From a virus, in IMG/VR virus record IMGVR_UViG_3300035187_002824, positions 4,659 through 68,658 of that record: a stretch of 64,000 nt of DNA; one strand, 5' to 3'. Position numbers and translations under genes: made by a program. Under the pieces are notes generated by a model. It did no database searches. It was not told the origin of the DNA and saw nothing but the letters and a program-made list of their open reading frames with translations. Every line of letters starts with the position of its first letter. Positions within the stretch are counted from its first letter, which is position 1. Positions 1 to 10,079 of the stretch are shown in pieces.

Positions 1-1
1 T

Positions 2-280
2 CGTGGATGGGTAGAGAGTCGTGGTATACACTACCGGAAGGGGCACCGCCATAACTTCCTACTGAACATGGCGTGTGCTATGTACCGCGCTGGTGTACGT
101 ACTGATGACATCATTCGTATTATTCATCGCAATCACTCGATCGATCAGGAGATGAGCAAAGATCTTGAGAGGATTATCAAATCAATCAACGACGATTATT
201 CAAATCAATTTAATACAAAACCTATATGGGCAAGAAGAAACAAACCTACATTGGGATTGGACCTCACGGGTCTGACATGA
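2..280 (+). CDS. C-terminal fragment of a primase-associated protein (PriCT-1-like), 5' end outside window
   Basis: The frame is open from the window edge: RGWVESRGIHYRKGHRHNFLLNMACAMYRAGV resembles the G-R-N..L...A....R.G PriCT-1 pattern. Confidence 0.5.
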   Translation, partial: RGWVESRGIHYRKGHRHNFLLNMACAMYRAGVRTDDIIRIIHRNHSIDQEMSKDLERIIKSINDDYSNQFNTKPIWARRNKPTLGLDLTGLT

Positions 281-867
281 TCTGCGATTCATGGGAAGAA
301 GTTCACTTCACATGGTGGCTGAAAGAATTAAAGGACCGTGGATTCGTTGATGATTACATGAGAAGCAAGACCTATGCACTGAATCATGGCCTTGACATGG
401 AGCTCAATGTTCTGCGCAAGAGAAAAGGAAAACTCGTGGAGGTTAAATCTATCGTGAATATAATTCCGGCAAAGGAGTACACACCAGATTTCGTTGTGAG
501 GTTCAATAAGATATCGCAAGATATATTCTACAGTCATACGAAGCTTAAGTATTTTAGTGAACCAGTAAGTGTTGTTGAGGTTAAGCCGGCTTTTGATTTC
601 AAGAACATGACCCGTCTTGCTCAGACAAACATTGCCTTCTTGCATGCAACAGAAGGTATCGTTACCGACTTGACTATTCCTTCCGGAAAGAAAGGGTGCT
701 TGTTCGAACAGACATTTACTCCGAAGAGATTCCTGTTTCAAGATATGACCAATAAGAAGAGGACCATCACAAAGTTCAAAGTTCGTACACTGGATGAGTT
801 CCTAGCTATGGAAGCCAGCCTTGCGATTCAGGAGAATATTATTGGAGATGACGGAGATCTTTTATAA
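226..867 (+). CDS. PD-(D/E)XK endonuclease (DUF1064/resolvase-like)
   Basis: DSWEE...YTPDF...VVEVK motif series. Confidence 0.65.
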   Translation: MGKKKQTYIGIGPHGSDMICDSWEEVHFTWWLKELKDRGFVDDYMRSKTYALNHGLDMELNVLRKRKGKLVEVKSIVNIIPAKEYTPDFVVRFNKISQDIFYSHTKLKYFSEPVSVVEVKPAFDFKNMTRLAQTNIAFLHATEGIVTDLTIPSGKKGCLFEQTFTPKRFLFQDMTNKKRTITKFKVRTLDEFLAMEASLAIQENIIGDDGDLL

Positions 868-888
868 CTTCGCACAAAAGAAATTAAC

Positions 889-1179
889 ATGGCACTATTG
901 GAAGTTTACAAAGTTGTGGAAGTCAAAGGAGACGAAGGCTTCAAGGATAGCGTGAAGTATAAAGTTGAGGTAGATGTTATCGACACTGTCGACATCAAGT
1001 CAGCTCGTATCTTCCGCCCATCGAAGAAGCATGCTGAATCCGGTATCCGTTCAGAGATGATACGTATCTATTTTAAAACCGGTGGAGAGATGACTATCCT
1101 AGAGAAATGGGAATCATTCAGTCAAAGAGCAAATGTCGTTAAAGCGCCAGCCCCAATCAAAGAAGTCGCAAAGGATTAA
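889..1179 (+). CDS. hypothetical protein
   Basis: 96-aa ORF with A-rich upstream region, in operon. Confidence 0.6.
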   Translation: MALLEVYKVVEVKGDEGFKDSVKYKVEVDVIDTVDIKSARIFRPSKKHAESGIRSEMIRIYFKTGGEMTILEKWESFSQRANVVKAPAPIKEVAKD

Positions 1180-1498
1180 TGCTGAGCGCCGGAATATATC
1201 CGGTGTATACAATGATCCAATCGTTTCATCAGCAGAGATCAAGAGAATAATTGTATCCAAGATTATTGAATATGATCTTGATCCAAGACTATTGTCTGTT
1301 GCCATAGGTCTTGATGAGACAAAGCTCAGCAATCTTTACCTCAAGAAGAAGAAGCCCATGAGGACACCAAACCTATCCTCATATGAGATAATCAATCTCG
1401 CTTCGATACTTGGTGTTCAAATAAAAATTAATCTGTATTTGAAACCTTCTGAAGAAATCAACGTTGAAGAACTTAAAAGGCAATATGGAAAAGCCTAA
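1133..1498 (+). CDS. putative HTH DNA-binding protein
   Basis: Helical LSVAIGLDETKLSNL ... IINLASILGV, XRE-like pattern. Confidence 0.45.
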   Translation: MSLKRQPQSKKSQRINAERRNISGVYNDPIVSSAEIKRIIVSKIIEYDLDPRLLSVAIGLDETKLSNLYLKKKKPMRTPNLSSYEIINLASILGVQIKINLYLKPSEEINVEELKRQYGKA

Positions 1499-1715
1499 GC
1501 TAGTGAGATCGAAATCGGATGAGGCAACGCTTGAGACTATTACAAACAGGTTAAGCGAGCTGAGTATCGATGTGCATCAGATTGAAATAACAGATAACAG
1601 AACTGCAGTTGCTCGCGCTCTAAGCAAGTGCAGGACATTGAAAGCTGAAGTAGACTTATTCTACGCCAGATTAAAAGTTGAGCGAGACAGATTAGCAAAC
1701 CTTAAAAAACAATAA
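1485..1715 (+). CDS. small coiled-coil hypothetical protein
   Basis: ATG at 1485 (MEKPKL), tightly packed with neighbours. Confidence 0.55.
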   Translation: MEKPKLVRSKSDEATLETITNRLSELSIDVHQIEITDNRTAVARALSKCRTLKAEVDLFYARLKVERDRLANLKKQ

Positions 1716-1718
1716 AGT

Positions 1719-2255
1719 ATGTCAAGAAGAGGCTCTATGCAGCAAGTCGGTTCCGGCGCAGACTGGAATCCAAAGAAAAATGAAGACGGAACAGACCGCG
1801 TGTTTGATCCAAAGAACCCACCTGCAATCGAGGGGTGGTACCTTGGTGGTGTACCTAACCAAGGGAAGGATGGTAACAGTACATTGCATTCAATGTTGTG
1901 TAGCCATGTTGATGGCACTGATCATCCAAAAGGTAAGGAGGTATCGATCAACTTCTGGGGATCACATGTGCTCGATGATCAACTCTCGAAGATCCGTCCG
2001 GGTGTATTCGCTGCGATCGAATACGAGGGTGTAAAGCAACCTACAACAAAAGGCGGCCGTTCGTACAACTCTTACAAAGTGTTTAAGGATGAGAAAGACT
2101 TCCGCCCTGAACTCGTAGGAGGGGCTCCGGTAGCACCAGCTCAGGCACCTGCACAAAACGTTGCAGCTGCACCTGTAGCACAAGCACCATCTCCAAGCGC
2201 AGCTGCTCCGGTAGCAAACGTTATACCAGATGATACAGACGATCTCCCATTCTAA
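1719..2255 (+). CDS. single-stranded DNA-binding protein (phage OB-fold type)
   Basis: Beta-rich core, Ala/Pro/Gln linker and acidic C-terminal DDTDDLPF tail typical of SSBs. Confidence 0.7.
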   Translation: MSRRGSMQQVGSGADWNPKKNEDGTDRVFDPKNPPAIEGWYLGGVPNQGKDGNSTLHSMLCSHVDGTDHPKGKEVSINFWGSHVLDDQLSKIRPGVFAAIEYEGVKQPTTKGGRSYNSYKVFKDEKDFRPELVGGAPVAPAQAPAQNVAAAPVAQAPSPSAAAPVANVIPDDTDDLPF

Positions 2256-2274
2256 ACCAAACAAGTTACAAACG

Positions 2275-2301
2275 AAAAGCCTGGGCTAGTTCCAGGCTTT
2301 T
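2275..2301. terminator. intrinsic terminator, potentially bidirectional
   Basis: AAAAGCCTGG-gctagtt-CCAGGCTTTT. Confidence 0.75.
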
Positions 2302-2316
2302 AAATTCCATCTAGTT

Positions 2317-2622
2317 ATGAAAAAAGAAATGATCGTATCGTGCGATAACAACGAGAAAGATTTGACTGAGTTGTTTGACTTTATCTGGAGTAAGACTACT
2401 CATGATGCCAGTGACAACAAGAAGAAGTACTTGAATAATGGAGTTGCAAATGCAAACAGTTTACTCCGGTTCTGCAACGACAAGAAGTTGCATGTTGAAT
2501 TCAACAGTGAGGTTGCTCCTGTTGTTGTTCACTACTCTGAAGATGTTGATGAGGCTTTCGAGAAGACACCTGGTGTTGACAAGGAAGATCTTGATGACTC
2601 ACTCCCTTTTGAAATAGGTTAA
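2317..2622 (+). CDS. hypothetical protein, last + strand gene before the convergence point
   Basis: 101-aa ORF with acidic DDSLPF-like tail; stop overlaps the stop of the opposing gene. Confidence 0.6.
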   Translation: MKKEMIVSCDNNEKDLTELFDFIWSKTTHDASDNKKKYLNNGVANANSLLRFCNDKKLHVEFNSEVAPVVVHYSEDVDEAFEKTPGVDKEDLDDSLPFEIG

Positions 2623-2825
2623 TCCTCATCCTTTTTAGAGGTACCATTCTTGATGGCCAGCAGTTCTTCGAACCTGGCCATTCCTTTTTTTATCTCCGAC
2701 TCACCATACGCTTCTTCTTTGTATGAGTGATTCATGTCGTAAGTCCCGGTTCTTTCTACCTCACAGAATGATATTACGATACCGCGATCCTTCGCATAAA
2801 CACTTAAGTTTTCAATCATTGACAT
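2619..2825 (-). CDS. hypothetical protein
   Basis: 68-aa ORF directly downstream of the endolysin. Confidence 0.55.
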   Translation of the reverse strand: MSMIENLSVYAKDRGIVISFCEVERTGTYDMNHSYKEEAYGESEIKKGMARFEELLAIKNGTSKKDED

Positions 2826-2828
2826 AGG

Positions 2829-3302
2829 TTAGTCATTTAGATGGTTGACAAATATTACTCCTGCTTTAGAGTATGCACGCTTGCGCTTGTATACGCCATC
2901 GCCATTTGATTGGCTGCCAGCAATACCGGCAGATGTATTCCCTTCGATGGAGTAGAATTCTTTTCTTGAGTCATCAACCCATCCAATGAAGATACCGGTA
3001 TGATCCATCTTCTTGTCCTTGTTGAAGTCGAACAATACAATGTCACCGGCTTTTGGATTCTCAGTTAATAAACCTTTCTTCCTCCAGAAGTTGTATGCTG
3101 ATGGACAGTAGTGGTATCCTTTAGGTGAGTCGATCTTTCCAAGAGGTAATCCGGCTTTATCGTACACGAACGATACAAACATGGCGCACCATGCAAGACC
3201 ATCCATGCCGTACCATTTACCGAAAATGTTTTTGTTTCCGGCAGATTCTTTATAGCCAACATGATGTTCGGCAACGGAGATTATATCAGCCCTGGTTCCC
3301 AT
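2829..3302 (-). CDS. CHAP-domain endolysin
   Basis: AWCAMFVS (catalytic Cys), AGDIVLF, DHTGIF (His), SIEGNT. Confidence 0.9.
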   Translation of the reverse strand: MGTRADIISVAEHHVGYKESAGNKNIFGKWYGMDGLAWCAMFVSFVYDKAGLPLGKIDSPKGYHYCPSAYNFWRKKGLLTENPKAGDIVLFDFNKDKKMDHTGIFIGWVDDSRKEFYSIEGNTSAGIAGSQSNGDGVYKRKRAYSKAGVIFVNHLND

Positions 3303-3495
3303 CCTTGTTTCTTTTTAATCGTGGTTGAATATATGTTTTGAATACGTATTGACCAAGCATACCACAGAAGCCACCTATAATACCGTATAAGCCAACCTCA
3401 AAGATATGCCATCCGTATTCGTATACTGTCTTGAAGACTGAGAGTAGCACGCCACCGGCGAACCCAACTACTTCTGGTGTATGGTCATGAGTCAT
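3286..3495 (-). CDS. putative holin
   Basis: 69 aa, two hydrophobic segments, basic C-terminus, overlaps endolysin start. Confidence 0.6.
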   Translation of the reverse strand: MTHDHTPEVVGFAGGVLLSVFKTVYEYGWHIFEVGLYGIIGGFCGMLGQYVFKTYIQPRLKRNKDGNQG

Positions 3496-3499
3496 GTGG

Positions 3500-3507
3500 C
3501 AAAGTTA
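3500..3507 (-). promoter_or_regulatory. Bacteroidota-type -7 promoter element TAACTTTG
   Basis: Matches TAnnTTTG, 4 nt before the holin ATG. Confidence 0.6.
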
Positions 3508-3526
3508 ATGAAAAAATATAAACAAT

Positions 3527-3549
3527 ACGGGCTCCTTTCGAGAGCCCGT
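3527..3549 (-). terminator. hairpin terminator
   Basis: ACGGGCTC-ctttcga-GAGCCCGT followed by T-rich sequence on the minus strand. Confidence 0.55.
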
Positions 3550-3574
3550 TAAATCGTTTTAGAATGTAGTTTCC

Positions 3575-4003
3575 TTACGGAAGGTCAGTCCAAGGGCGTT
3601 GTTGCTTCTCGTAGCCAGCGATGTATTCTGCTTGAGCCTGCAGATACTCTTCTCTTGCTGTTCCGGTAAGTGTTGTTTCAACACCATGAGAAACTTTAGC
3701 TACAGCATTCTGGATGGTGAATCCAATTGTGATGTCGTAGTTGTTTCCTCCGGTAGGGACAAGTGAGAATGTATTACTTCTCGATGTATCCTTGGTTACA
3801 AAGATAGGATCGTTGTCTTTAGCTGAGTTCTCAACGTCATCAGCATAGTTTTGGAAGAAGTCATTGAAATCTTGAGATCCAAACTCAAGAGTTGACATCA
3901 CCGGGTAAACGTACTGTACTGATACGTTCACGTCGAATTCAACATCCATTTGGATAGGTACAACAGGATCTCCTTCTTGTGTTACAGTGTAGTTAACTGA
4001 CAT
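3575..4003 (-). CDS. hypothetical virion-associated protein
   Basis: Likely start MSVNYTV at 4003 (A-rich leader); the longer start in the ORF track overlaps the upstream gene. Confidence 0.6.
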   Translation of the reverse strand: MSVNYTVTQEGDPVVPIQMDVEFDVNVSVQYVYPVMSTLEFGSQDFNDFFQNYADDVENSAKDNDPIFVTKDTSRSNTFSLVPTGGNNYDITIGFTIQNAVAKVSHGVETTLTGTAREEYLQAQAEYIAGYEKQQRPWTDLP

Positions 4004-4025
4004 ATTTTTGTTTTTAAATTTACGA

Positions 4026-5309
4026 TTAGGTGTATGAAATATTAACAGCAACTTGGTTAGCTGGAATAGCACCAGTGTCTGTATGAGCAATACCAGTAGT
4101 AATAGCGTAAGCAATACCGGAAGATAAACGTATTCCAAAAGGTCCTCCATTTATTTGAATTGTATCGTTGGCTGGAATCATAATCGTCTTAGCAGGTGTG
4201 TCTGAAGCAAGGACTGGTGCAGCATTCTTATTGTACAGCTTGAAGTATACTGGTGATGCTCCGTTGTTGCTAAGAGTGATCTCATTAATACTTGCAGCAG
4301 TAGCTTTAACAGACGTTAAGTTTGTTGAGTTTGCACCTATAACATTGTGTTGTGTAGAAGCACCCTGACCTGTTTGCGGAACGTTTGTTATAACTTGGTT
4401 TGATCCAAGAGTGATAGCTGCAGCTGTAACATTCAATCGTGCAGCTGTATTTTGTTGTACGTTAAGTCTCGTAGACATCCATGGCACTTGAGAGAACGTG
4501 GTATTAACCCTTACGTTACCTCCAGTGAATCCTGTTGATACGCGTATACGAACATACCTTGATTGCACAGCGCCTGTAAATACCCTGTTGGAGTTTGCTG
4601 CAATTGTTATTGCCGCAATGTTTGGATCTGAACCTAAAACGGATTCTTCAAATACCGGCCATGGAATACCGGTAGTGATGGTATTATCATTTGTCTGTTC
4701 AAAGATAATTGCCCCGGCAGATATACCAGCGGAACCTATGATTGAAACAGAGAATGAATTGAAGTTACGCACATCGAACCAACCGTTTACTACATTGGTA
4801 AGTAGATCTGTGTTGACGGCTGTTATTGTAGGTGAATCTACCAGAACTTTCTTCGATAAGTTCACTGGGGCAGCAGAGTTTCCGTCTGAATAACCAAGGA
4901 CTGGAAGTTTTGCTTCAATAGCTTCAAGACCAGATACAACACTTGATGTATCGCCAGCTCCACAATTCGCTTTAATAGCATCTTGTATATCTGTTGCCGC
5001 TTTCTTCAAGCCTGCAAGGTTAGGTGTCCATGTAGCTTGATTGGTTACATCTTGGATATCGAAATCCAAACGAGCAACATTACCTTGTCCATCAGTGAAG
5101 TTGATCGTTAATTTAAGCAGGTCATTCCAATGGTATCCGGAGTTGGGGAGAGATCTGTAGTTCGGGAAGTACATCGGTTCAACACTCTTGATGTTACAAA
5201 CCGAGAACACGTAGTTATGCTGACCAGTTGATGTTGGTGCAGCTCCTGTATTTTCAATTACGATAGTATTACCATCGATCACTACTGTCTTTTGTCTGTT
5301 CAGAACCAT
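4026..5309 (-). CDS. putative structural/tail-appendage protein
   Basis: 427 aa, Thr/Asn/Ala-rich beta-type sequence; the C-terminal VYFKLYNKNAAP..GIAYAIT domain looks like a common phage virion domain. Confidence 0.55.
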   Translation of the reverse strand: MVLNRQKTVVIDGNTIVIENTGAAPTSTGQHNYVFSVCNIKSVEPMYFPNYRSLPNSGYHWNDLLKLTINFTDGQGNVARLDFDIQDVTNQATWTPNLAGLKKAATDIQDAIKANCGAGDTSSVVSGLEAIEAKLPVLGYSDGNSAAPVNLSKKVLVDSPTITAVNTDLLTNVVNGWFDVRNFNSFSVSIIGSAGISAGAIIFEQTNDNTITTGIPWPVFEESVLGSDPNIAAITIAANSNRVFTGAVQSRYVRIRVSTGFTGGNVRVNTTFSQVPWMSTRLNVQQNTAARLNVTAAAITLGSNQVITNVPQTGQGASTQHNVIGANSTNLTSVKATAASINEITLSNNGASPVYFKLYNKNAAPVLASDTPAKTIMIPANDTIQINGGPFGIRLSSGIAYAITTGIAHTDTGAIPANQVAVNISYT

Positions 5310-5310
5310 A

Positions 5311-5976
5311 TCAATTGTTGATTAAGTATCCAATGCCTACTCCGTAAACAAACATGGCTGGCCTGGATAAGTACCATGGTGTTTTATTTTCCTTCACCAC
5401 AATATTGTTCACGTAAGGAACTGTGGTGTATGGGTTGTATGAATTTAACTGAACAATAGGCTCAGCCTTTTTAAACAATCCTTTCTTTTTGTACCCTATT
5501 GTTACGTCGAACTTGTTGATGAATCGCAATGAATCAATGAATACGTAGTTGTCAAACACTCTACCGTCGATCGAAGCCCACTCATTATTCATCATGAATC
5601 TATTCGTGGTGTCAATGTACATTGTGTCTTTATTATAAACAGTATCAACCACATATGGAACTTTAACATTCTTAATCTCTGTTAAGAGCTCCGCCTTTGT
5701 CACGCTTTGCAATTTCTTAAATGACTCAAACTCTTTCCCGAGAAGGTTCATCGCTTTATCTTGTGAGATAATATGCTGCCTCATCCGGATAGACTCATGC
5801 ACCGCCATGTCACGGTGAGAAATCAATTGAGCATTTTCTTTCTCAAGGAACGATATCTGGTCCTCGTATTCAGAGGATACTTCAGCAATCTTATTACATG
5901 AAGCAGCTTGGTTTATCACGAATGATACAGCAAGCAGGAATGACAACGCCTTCCATATGTTAAAGCCTTTGATCAT
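5311..5976 (-). CDS. putative spanin-like lysis protein
   Basis: N-terminal TM/signal, coiled coil, C-terminal hydrophobic tail; next to a holin-like gene. Confidence 0.45.
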   Translation of the reverse strand: MIKGFNIWKALSFLLAVSFVINQAASCNKIAEVSSEYEDQISFLEKENAQLISHRDMAVHESIRMRQHIISQDKAMNLLGKEFESFKKLQSVTKAELLTEIKNVKVPYVVDTVYNKDTMYIDTTNRFMMNNEWASIDGRVFDNYVFIDSLRFINKFDVTIGYKKKGLFKKAEPIVQLNSYNPYTTVPYVNNIVVKENKTPWYLSRPAMFVYGVGIGYLINN

Positions 5977-6167
5977 TTCTCTTTATAAAAGTTAGTGATC
6001 AATGCACCTACCATAGCTGACACTATGACAGCTTTGTGTAAGAATGGAAACGGTGACAAGAAATCAATTGAGAATTCAAGTGCACCTATAGCTGTCAATG
6101 CAGCCCCAATCCTACGCATCTTCGCAGGAGTGGGGGCATTGAAATTATTTATGAGTTTCCTTAACAT
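5973..6167 (-). CDS. small membrane protein (holin-like)
   Basis: ATG overlaps the upstream TAA (TAATG); MLRKLINNFNAPTPAKMRRIG followed by two hydrophobic segments. Confidence 0.55.
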   Translation of the reverse strand: MLRKLINNFNAPTPAKMRRIGAALTAIGALEFSIDFLSPFPFLHKAVIVSAMVGALITNFYKEK

Positions 6168-6946
6168 TACGGTACTACTACGTTTTGAACACTGGTACAT
6201 CCGTTTGCATCTGTAACGGTACATGCATAGTTTCCAGCAAGAGGGGCTACTATGTTTTGTGTAGTAGCAGTGAATCCACCAGGACCGGTCCATGAGTATG
6301 CGTATGGAAGCGTACCTCCAGAAGCAATCACAGATACATTTGCAGTAGGCGCAGCACCAACGGTGTTTGCTCCAGTAACAAGCAGGTTAGGCTGTGTCAG
6401 CGTAAATGTGATAGCCACCTCGTCACCATTTGAATCAGTGATGGTAACAGTGTTGTTTCCGGCAGGAAGGTTTCCGGCGGTACCCTTCTCATAAGAGATA
6501 GAGTAAGGACCTTCTCCTCCGGTAATGTTCAGCTGAATATTACCATTGCTCAAGCCATTACAGCTTGGGTTCTCAAAGCTGATGATAGTTGCTGCAAGAC
6601 CTGGATTGGTTGATACCGAACCAGTGCAAGCTCCAGTCAATGGATCTGGTGTGCTTGTTGCCTGTACATTGAGGCCATTAACAAGGTCAAGATATTGTTG
6701 ACCGGTAAGCGTTCCGGCTTTAGCAAGGCAAAGAGCATCATCAAGAATTTTCTTAGCTGCCTCGCATGCGCAGTCACAGTCACCAAGTACTGATGGCAAT
6801 AAAGAACCGGTAACCACCATGTAAGTACATGCCGGGCATCCGTATTTTATGGTAAGCAAATTACCATTTTCGGAATCAAGGAATAACCATGCTTCGTTTG
6901 CCGCAGGATTCGGAGTTTCGTTTCTTGTTTGAACAGGGATAATCAT
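6167..6946 (-). CDS. SprB-repeat-like (Ig-like) Cys-rich virion protein
   Basis: SCNGLSNGNIQLNITGGEGPY and GGTLPYAYSW...AGNYACTVTDANGC are typical Bacteroidota SprB-type repeats. Confidence 0.7.
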   Translation of the reverse strand: MIIPVQTRNETPNPAANEAWLFLDSENGNLLTIKYGCPACTYMVVTGSLLPSVLGDCDCACEAAKKILDDALCLAKAGTLTGQQYLDLVNGLNVQATSTPDPLTGACTGSVSTNPGLAATIISFENPSCNGLSNGNIQLNITGGEGPYSISYEKGTAGNLPAGNNTVTITDSNGDEVAITFTLTQPNLLVTGANTVGAAPTANVSVIASGGTLPYAYSWTGPGGFTATTQNIVAPLAGNYACTVTDANGCTSVQNVVVP

Positions 6947-6950
6947 GTCC

Positions 6951-7220
6951 TTATGGAGTTACAATTACTGAATAGTCCGAAGCGGATACACAACCAAGGA
7001 ACTTTCCGGTTGTTGGGTGGTATGCTTTAACATACCCCTCTCCACATTTAACACGAGCATCATTGTATTGCTCAGCGTCAGAAGGAGTGAGACAACCTAC
7101 ATGCTTGTCGCATTCGTAAATAGCAACAAGACCTGGAGGGCAACACCCGCAATCTTCTTTTGGTTCGCAGTCTTCACAAGGCTGGAACTTATTGTATACT
7201 GTTTGATTCTCGTATGGCAT
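6951..7220 (-). CDS. small Cys-rich protein
   Basis: CEDCEPKEDCGCCPPG; internal duplication HVGCLT / FLGCVS. Confidence 0.6.
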   Translation of the reverse strand: MPYENQTVYNKFQPCEDCEPKEDCGCCPPGLVAIYECDKHVGCLTPSDAEQYNDARVKCGEGYVKAYHPTTGKFLGCVSASDYSVIVTP

Positions 7221-7222
7221 CG

Positions 7223-7582
7223 TTAACAGGTTGAACAGTGTTTATACATGGTATCAATTAGTGCACACAGTTCATCTTGCTTAATGCAATTGACTTCGTC
7301 AGGGTGCACTGATGCTTTCGGCAAAGATACCGAATTCTTGTATTTTTCAAAAGCAAATCTTCCTTTACTGGAGAAGACTACTGTGTCGTAATTTATGACA
7401 GGATTTGCGACATACTCATCAAGCTCTTGAGCAAGCCACATAAGGTAGTTTATTGAATTCCATAACGCATCTGCTTCGGATATTCTACCCAAAGACATGA
7501 GCTCGACATACTTAACGGCAATACCGGAAGAGCAATCTTTAATCCTTATTGAGGATGAGCATATGAAATTCTTACTCAGCAT
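7223..7582 (-). CDS. hypothetical protein (Cys-rich C-terminus)
   Basis: Translationally coupled ORF ending HCSTC. Confidence 0.6.
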   Translation of the reverse strand: MLSKNFICSSSIRIKDCSSGIAVKYVELMSLGRISEADALWNSINYLMWLAQELDEYVANPVINYDTVVFSSKGRFAFEKYKNSVSLPKASVHPDEVNCIKQDELCALIDTMYKHCSTC

Positions 7583-8343
7583 TACTGAAGAGGTATGATT
7601 ATCTGTCCGCGAATATAGAATCTCTTACTAGAGAATGATGCTGGAATTTTTATTGTTGAGAACTTAATGAGTGAAGAGCCAACATTACAGTATGCCAACA
7701 TACCCTCATTAGAATCTAAACCTGACTCAGGATCGAGTGTTGAACCATTGGCCATGTTCGCTCCATTCTCATAAACAAAACTCATGACAGACCTAACTTC
7801 TTTTGCAGCAGTGTTTGATCCGGCAAGAGTTATCTCTACGGCAGTTGTGATAGGAAGTCCTCCGGCGTTTGCAAGGTTTAACTCAAGCATGATGTTTACG
7901 AACATTGTCTTACCAACAATGAGGTATGACGAATCAGTACTGGTTGTGGAACCTATACCAAAGTCAATATCTGATGGATCGACATTTGTCCATGCTGTTG
8001 AGAAAGCAATATCACCAGAAGGACCAGCAGGACCGGCAGGGCCAGCAGGACCCGGATCGCCATCATCGCCCTTATCTCCCTTTGGACCAGCCACACCTTG
8101 AATACCTTGAGGTCCGGCAGGACCGCGATCTCCAGTATCACCTTTGTCACCCTTTGGACCTTGAGGACCTGGATCGCCAGCTTCACCTTGTTCTCCTTGA
8201 GGTCCGGCTACACCCTGCTCACCTTGAGGACCGGCAGGACCAGCGGGACCGGTATCACCTTTGTCCCCTTTATCACCTTTAGGGCCTACAGGTATTTGCT
8301 TGTCTCCGCAACCGCATTCGTCTTCGAATTCATTGAACGCCAT
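7582..8343 (-). CDS. collagen-like fibre protein
   Basis: Long uninterrupted Gly-X-Y run (about 30 triplets) followed by a beta-rich C-terminal domain. Confidence 0.85.
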   Translation of the reverse strand: MAFNEFEDECGCGDKQIPVGPKGDKGDKGDTGPAGPAGPQGEQGVAGPQGEQGEAGDPGPQGPKGDKGDTGDRGPAGPQGIQGVAGPKGDKGDDGDPGPAGPAGPAGPSGDIAFSTAWTNVDPSDIDFGIGSTTSTDSSYLIVGKTMFVNIMLELNLANAGGLPITTAVEITLAGSNTAAKEVRSVMSFVYENGANMANGSTLDPESGLDSNEGMLAYCNVGSSLIKFSTIKIPASFSSKRFYIRGQIIIPLQ

Positions 8344-8344
8344 A

Positions 8345-8905
8345 TCAAGATACTTTAAGTGCTACAATAGATGCTCCAAGGATTTGGATGTTTGCTCCTC
8401 CGGAAGTTTCCCAAACATATATCTCTACAACATCACCAGCGTTAAGCGGACTTGGTCCGGCATGCAAGTGCATTGTTACAGGGTATGTTCCTGGAGTTCT
8501 TCCAGCTGTACTCTCTTGACCATTCCAACCTTGGTTATTGAGAATGGTTCCGTTTACACGAAGAGCCATATTGAATACACCTCCGGCGCCAACAGCACAG
8601 TTCGTTTGAAACAGTATCAAGTAAGTACCAGTTTGGTTTATTGTAAGTGACTCACCAATGTTGAATGAACCAGCAGGTACAAGGATATCTTTAGGGCCAT
8701 TGTCTTTTTGGAAGACGTATGTCACGATACCGGCAGGGCCTTGAGGACCTACAGGACCTTGCTCTCCTTGCTCTCCTTGAGGGCCAGTTCCACCAGGAGG
8801 GCCTACTGGACCTTGAAGACCACGCTCGCCACGCTTGGTTATTACTTCGCGCTCGCAGCATGAACCACCACACTTCTTTCCTTTTTTATTACAGTCTTTG
8901 CACAT
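8345..8905 (-). CDS. collagen-like fibre protein with C1q/BclA-like C-terminal domain
   Basis: Cys-rich N-terminus, Gly-X-Y run, [10 protein letters not shown]...[11 protein letters not shown]. Confidence 0.8.
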   Translation of the reverse strand: MCKDCNKKGKKCGGSCCEREVITKRGERGLQGPVGPPGGTGPQGEQGEQGPVGPQGPAGIVTYVFQKDNGPKDILVPAGSFNIGESLTINQTGTYLILFQTNCAVGAGGVFNMALRVNGTILNNQGWNGQESTAGRTPGTYPVTMHLHAGPSPLNAGDVVEIYVWETSGGANIQILGASIVALKVS

Positions 8906-8907
8906 GA

Positions 8908-9501
8908 TTATTTCATTACGAATAATTGTGGATTACTCAGTGAACATGATCCAACACCTATGGTGACAGAAGAAACTTGTATGTCAATTACCTGACCAAG
9001 ATCTCCGGATACATATGTGTCATTAATCATGAATGTGATTTTCCCTCGCTCGCTTAATGACCCGGCTATTCTTTCAAATACAACAGGGTTACCATATGGT
9101 GAACCATTCTTGCGCATGCGCACAACGAAGTATACAGCTCCAGAAGATGTGTAATCAAATGATACGAACGCAACATGTGATCCTACTTCTGATATAGGAT
9201 GAGCAACACCGGTTCCGAGAATGATATCAACAGCAGTTGCTAGTGCCTGAGTAGTTGTACTATCATAGCACCATTTGTTTATCTCTCCGGCAGGACCTTG
9301 GACGCCTTGGATACCTTGTGGGCCGGCAGGACCGGGAGGACCAGCAGGGCCTGTAGGACCTCCAGGATCTCCTTGATCACCCTTGTCACCTTTATCCCCC
9401 TTGGGGCCTTGAGGACCAGGATCACCTTTAGCGCCACGAGGACCACGAGGTCCTTGTACTTCTATAGCTTCTGGGCAGTTACCTTTACTCATAAACAGCA
9501 A
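8908..9501 (-). CDS. collagen-like fibre protein
   Basis: Gly-X-Y run followed by a beta-sandwich-like domain. Confidence 0.8.
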   Translation of the reverse strand: MLFMSKGNCPEAIEVQGPRGPRGAKGDPGPQGPKGDKGDKGDQGDPGGPTGPAGPPGPAGPQGIQGVQGPAGEINKWCYDSTTTQALATAVDIILGTGVAHPISEVGSHVAFVSFDYTSSGAVYFVVRMRKNGSPYGNPVVFERIAGSLSERGKITFMINDTYVSGDLGQVIDIQVSSVTIGVGSCSLSNPQLFVMK

Positions 9502-10043
9502 TCACATAGGTTACGTAAATACTCCGCAATGACATTTGCGTCATTGTACTTACCATGCTCAGCGGCCCACACCATGTTGGTGTATAAGTCCCTCATACGG
9601 ACGGCCATTTGCGTTTCTTTGCTGTCAACTTCAAGCAAGTTTACCTTTGCCATCTTGTTCTCTATGCAACACTTCAAACATTCACTGAACAAGAAGTAGC
9701 ATTTAGTTTGTATTGTCTCAGCATCTTCTGTACCTGGCTGATACAAGCAAACCAACTCAACAGTGTAAACACCTGAGTCTATCTTTTGAAGACCGAGATC
9801 TTCGGCAAGCAATTCAAACCCGAGTTCAGTTGCAGAAGGGAAGATACCGGTTGTATCTATCTTCTTTACTTCACTCATTGTTGGGCCTTTGATTAACAAA
9901 TAAGACTCACTGATATCTGTAGTCTTCAGGTTAGGTTCTCCCCACCCGGTTTCATTACAACACTCTGAATACTCTCCAGATGTTTCATATACGATAACAG
10001 ACTGGCAGTCAGATGAAGTTTTTATTTTGATCTCGTTGGCCAT
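9489..10043 (-). CDS. putative tail/fibre-attachment protein
   Basis: First gene of the fibre cluster; TGWG motif, CLKCC and LCDCCL. Confidence 0.5.
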   Translation of the reverse strand: MANEIKIKTSSDCQSVIVYETSGEYSECCNETGWGEPNLKTTDISESYLLIKGPTMSEVKKIDTTGIFPSATELGFELLAEDLGLQKIDSGVYTVELVCLYQPGTEDAETIQTKCYFLFSECLKCCIENKMAKVNLLEVDSKETQMAVRMRDLYTNMVWAAEHGKYNDANVIAEYLRNLCDCCL

Positions 10044-10049
10044 TTAACG

Positions 10050-10057
10050 CAAAGATA
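10050..10057 (-). promoter_or_regulatory. Bacteroidota-type -7 promoter element TATCTTTG
   Basis: Matches TAnnTTTG, 6 nt before the ATG at 10043. Confidence 0.6.
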
Positions 10058-10079
10058 AGGTAAATTGTTTCAATTGCAA

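Noticed and set aside
7926-9480. GGACC/GGTCC-rich repeats and opposite-strand ORFs
   Set aside because: Explained by collagen Gly-X-Y codons; not CRISPR, and the shadow ORFs are artefacts
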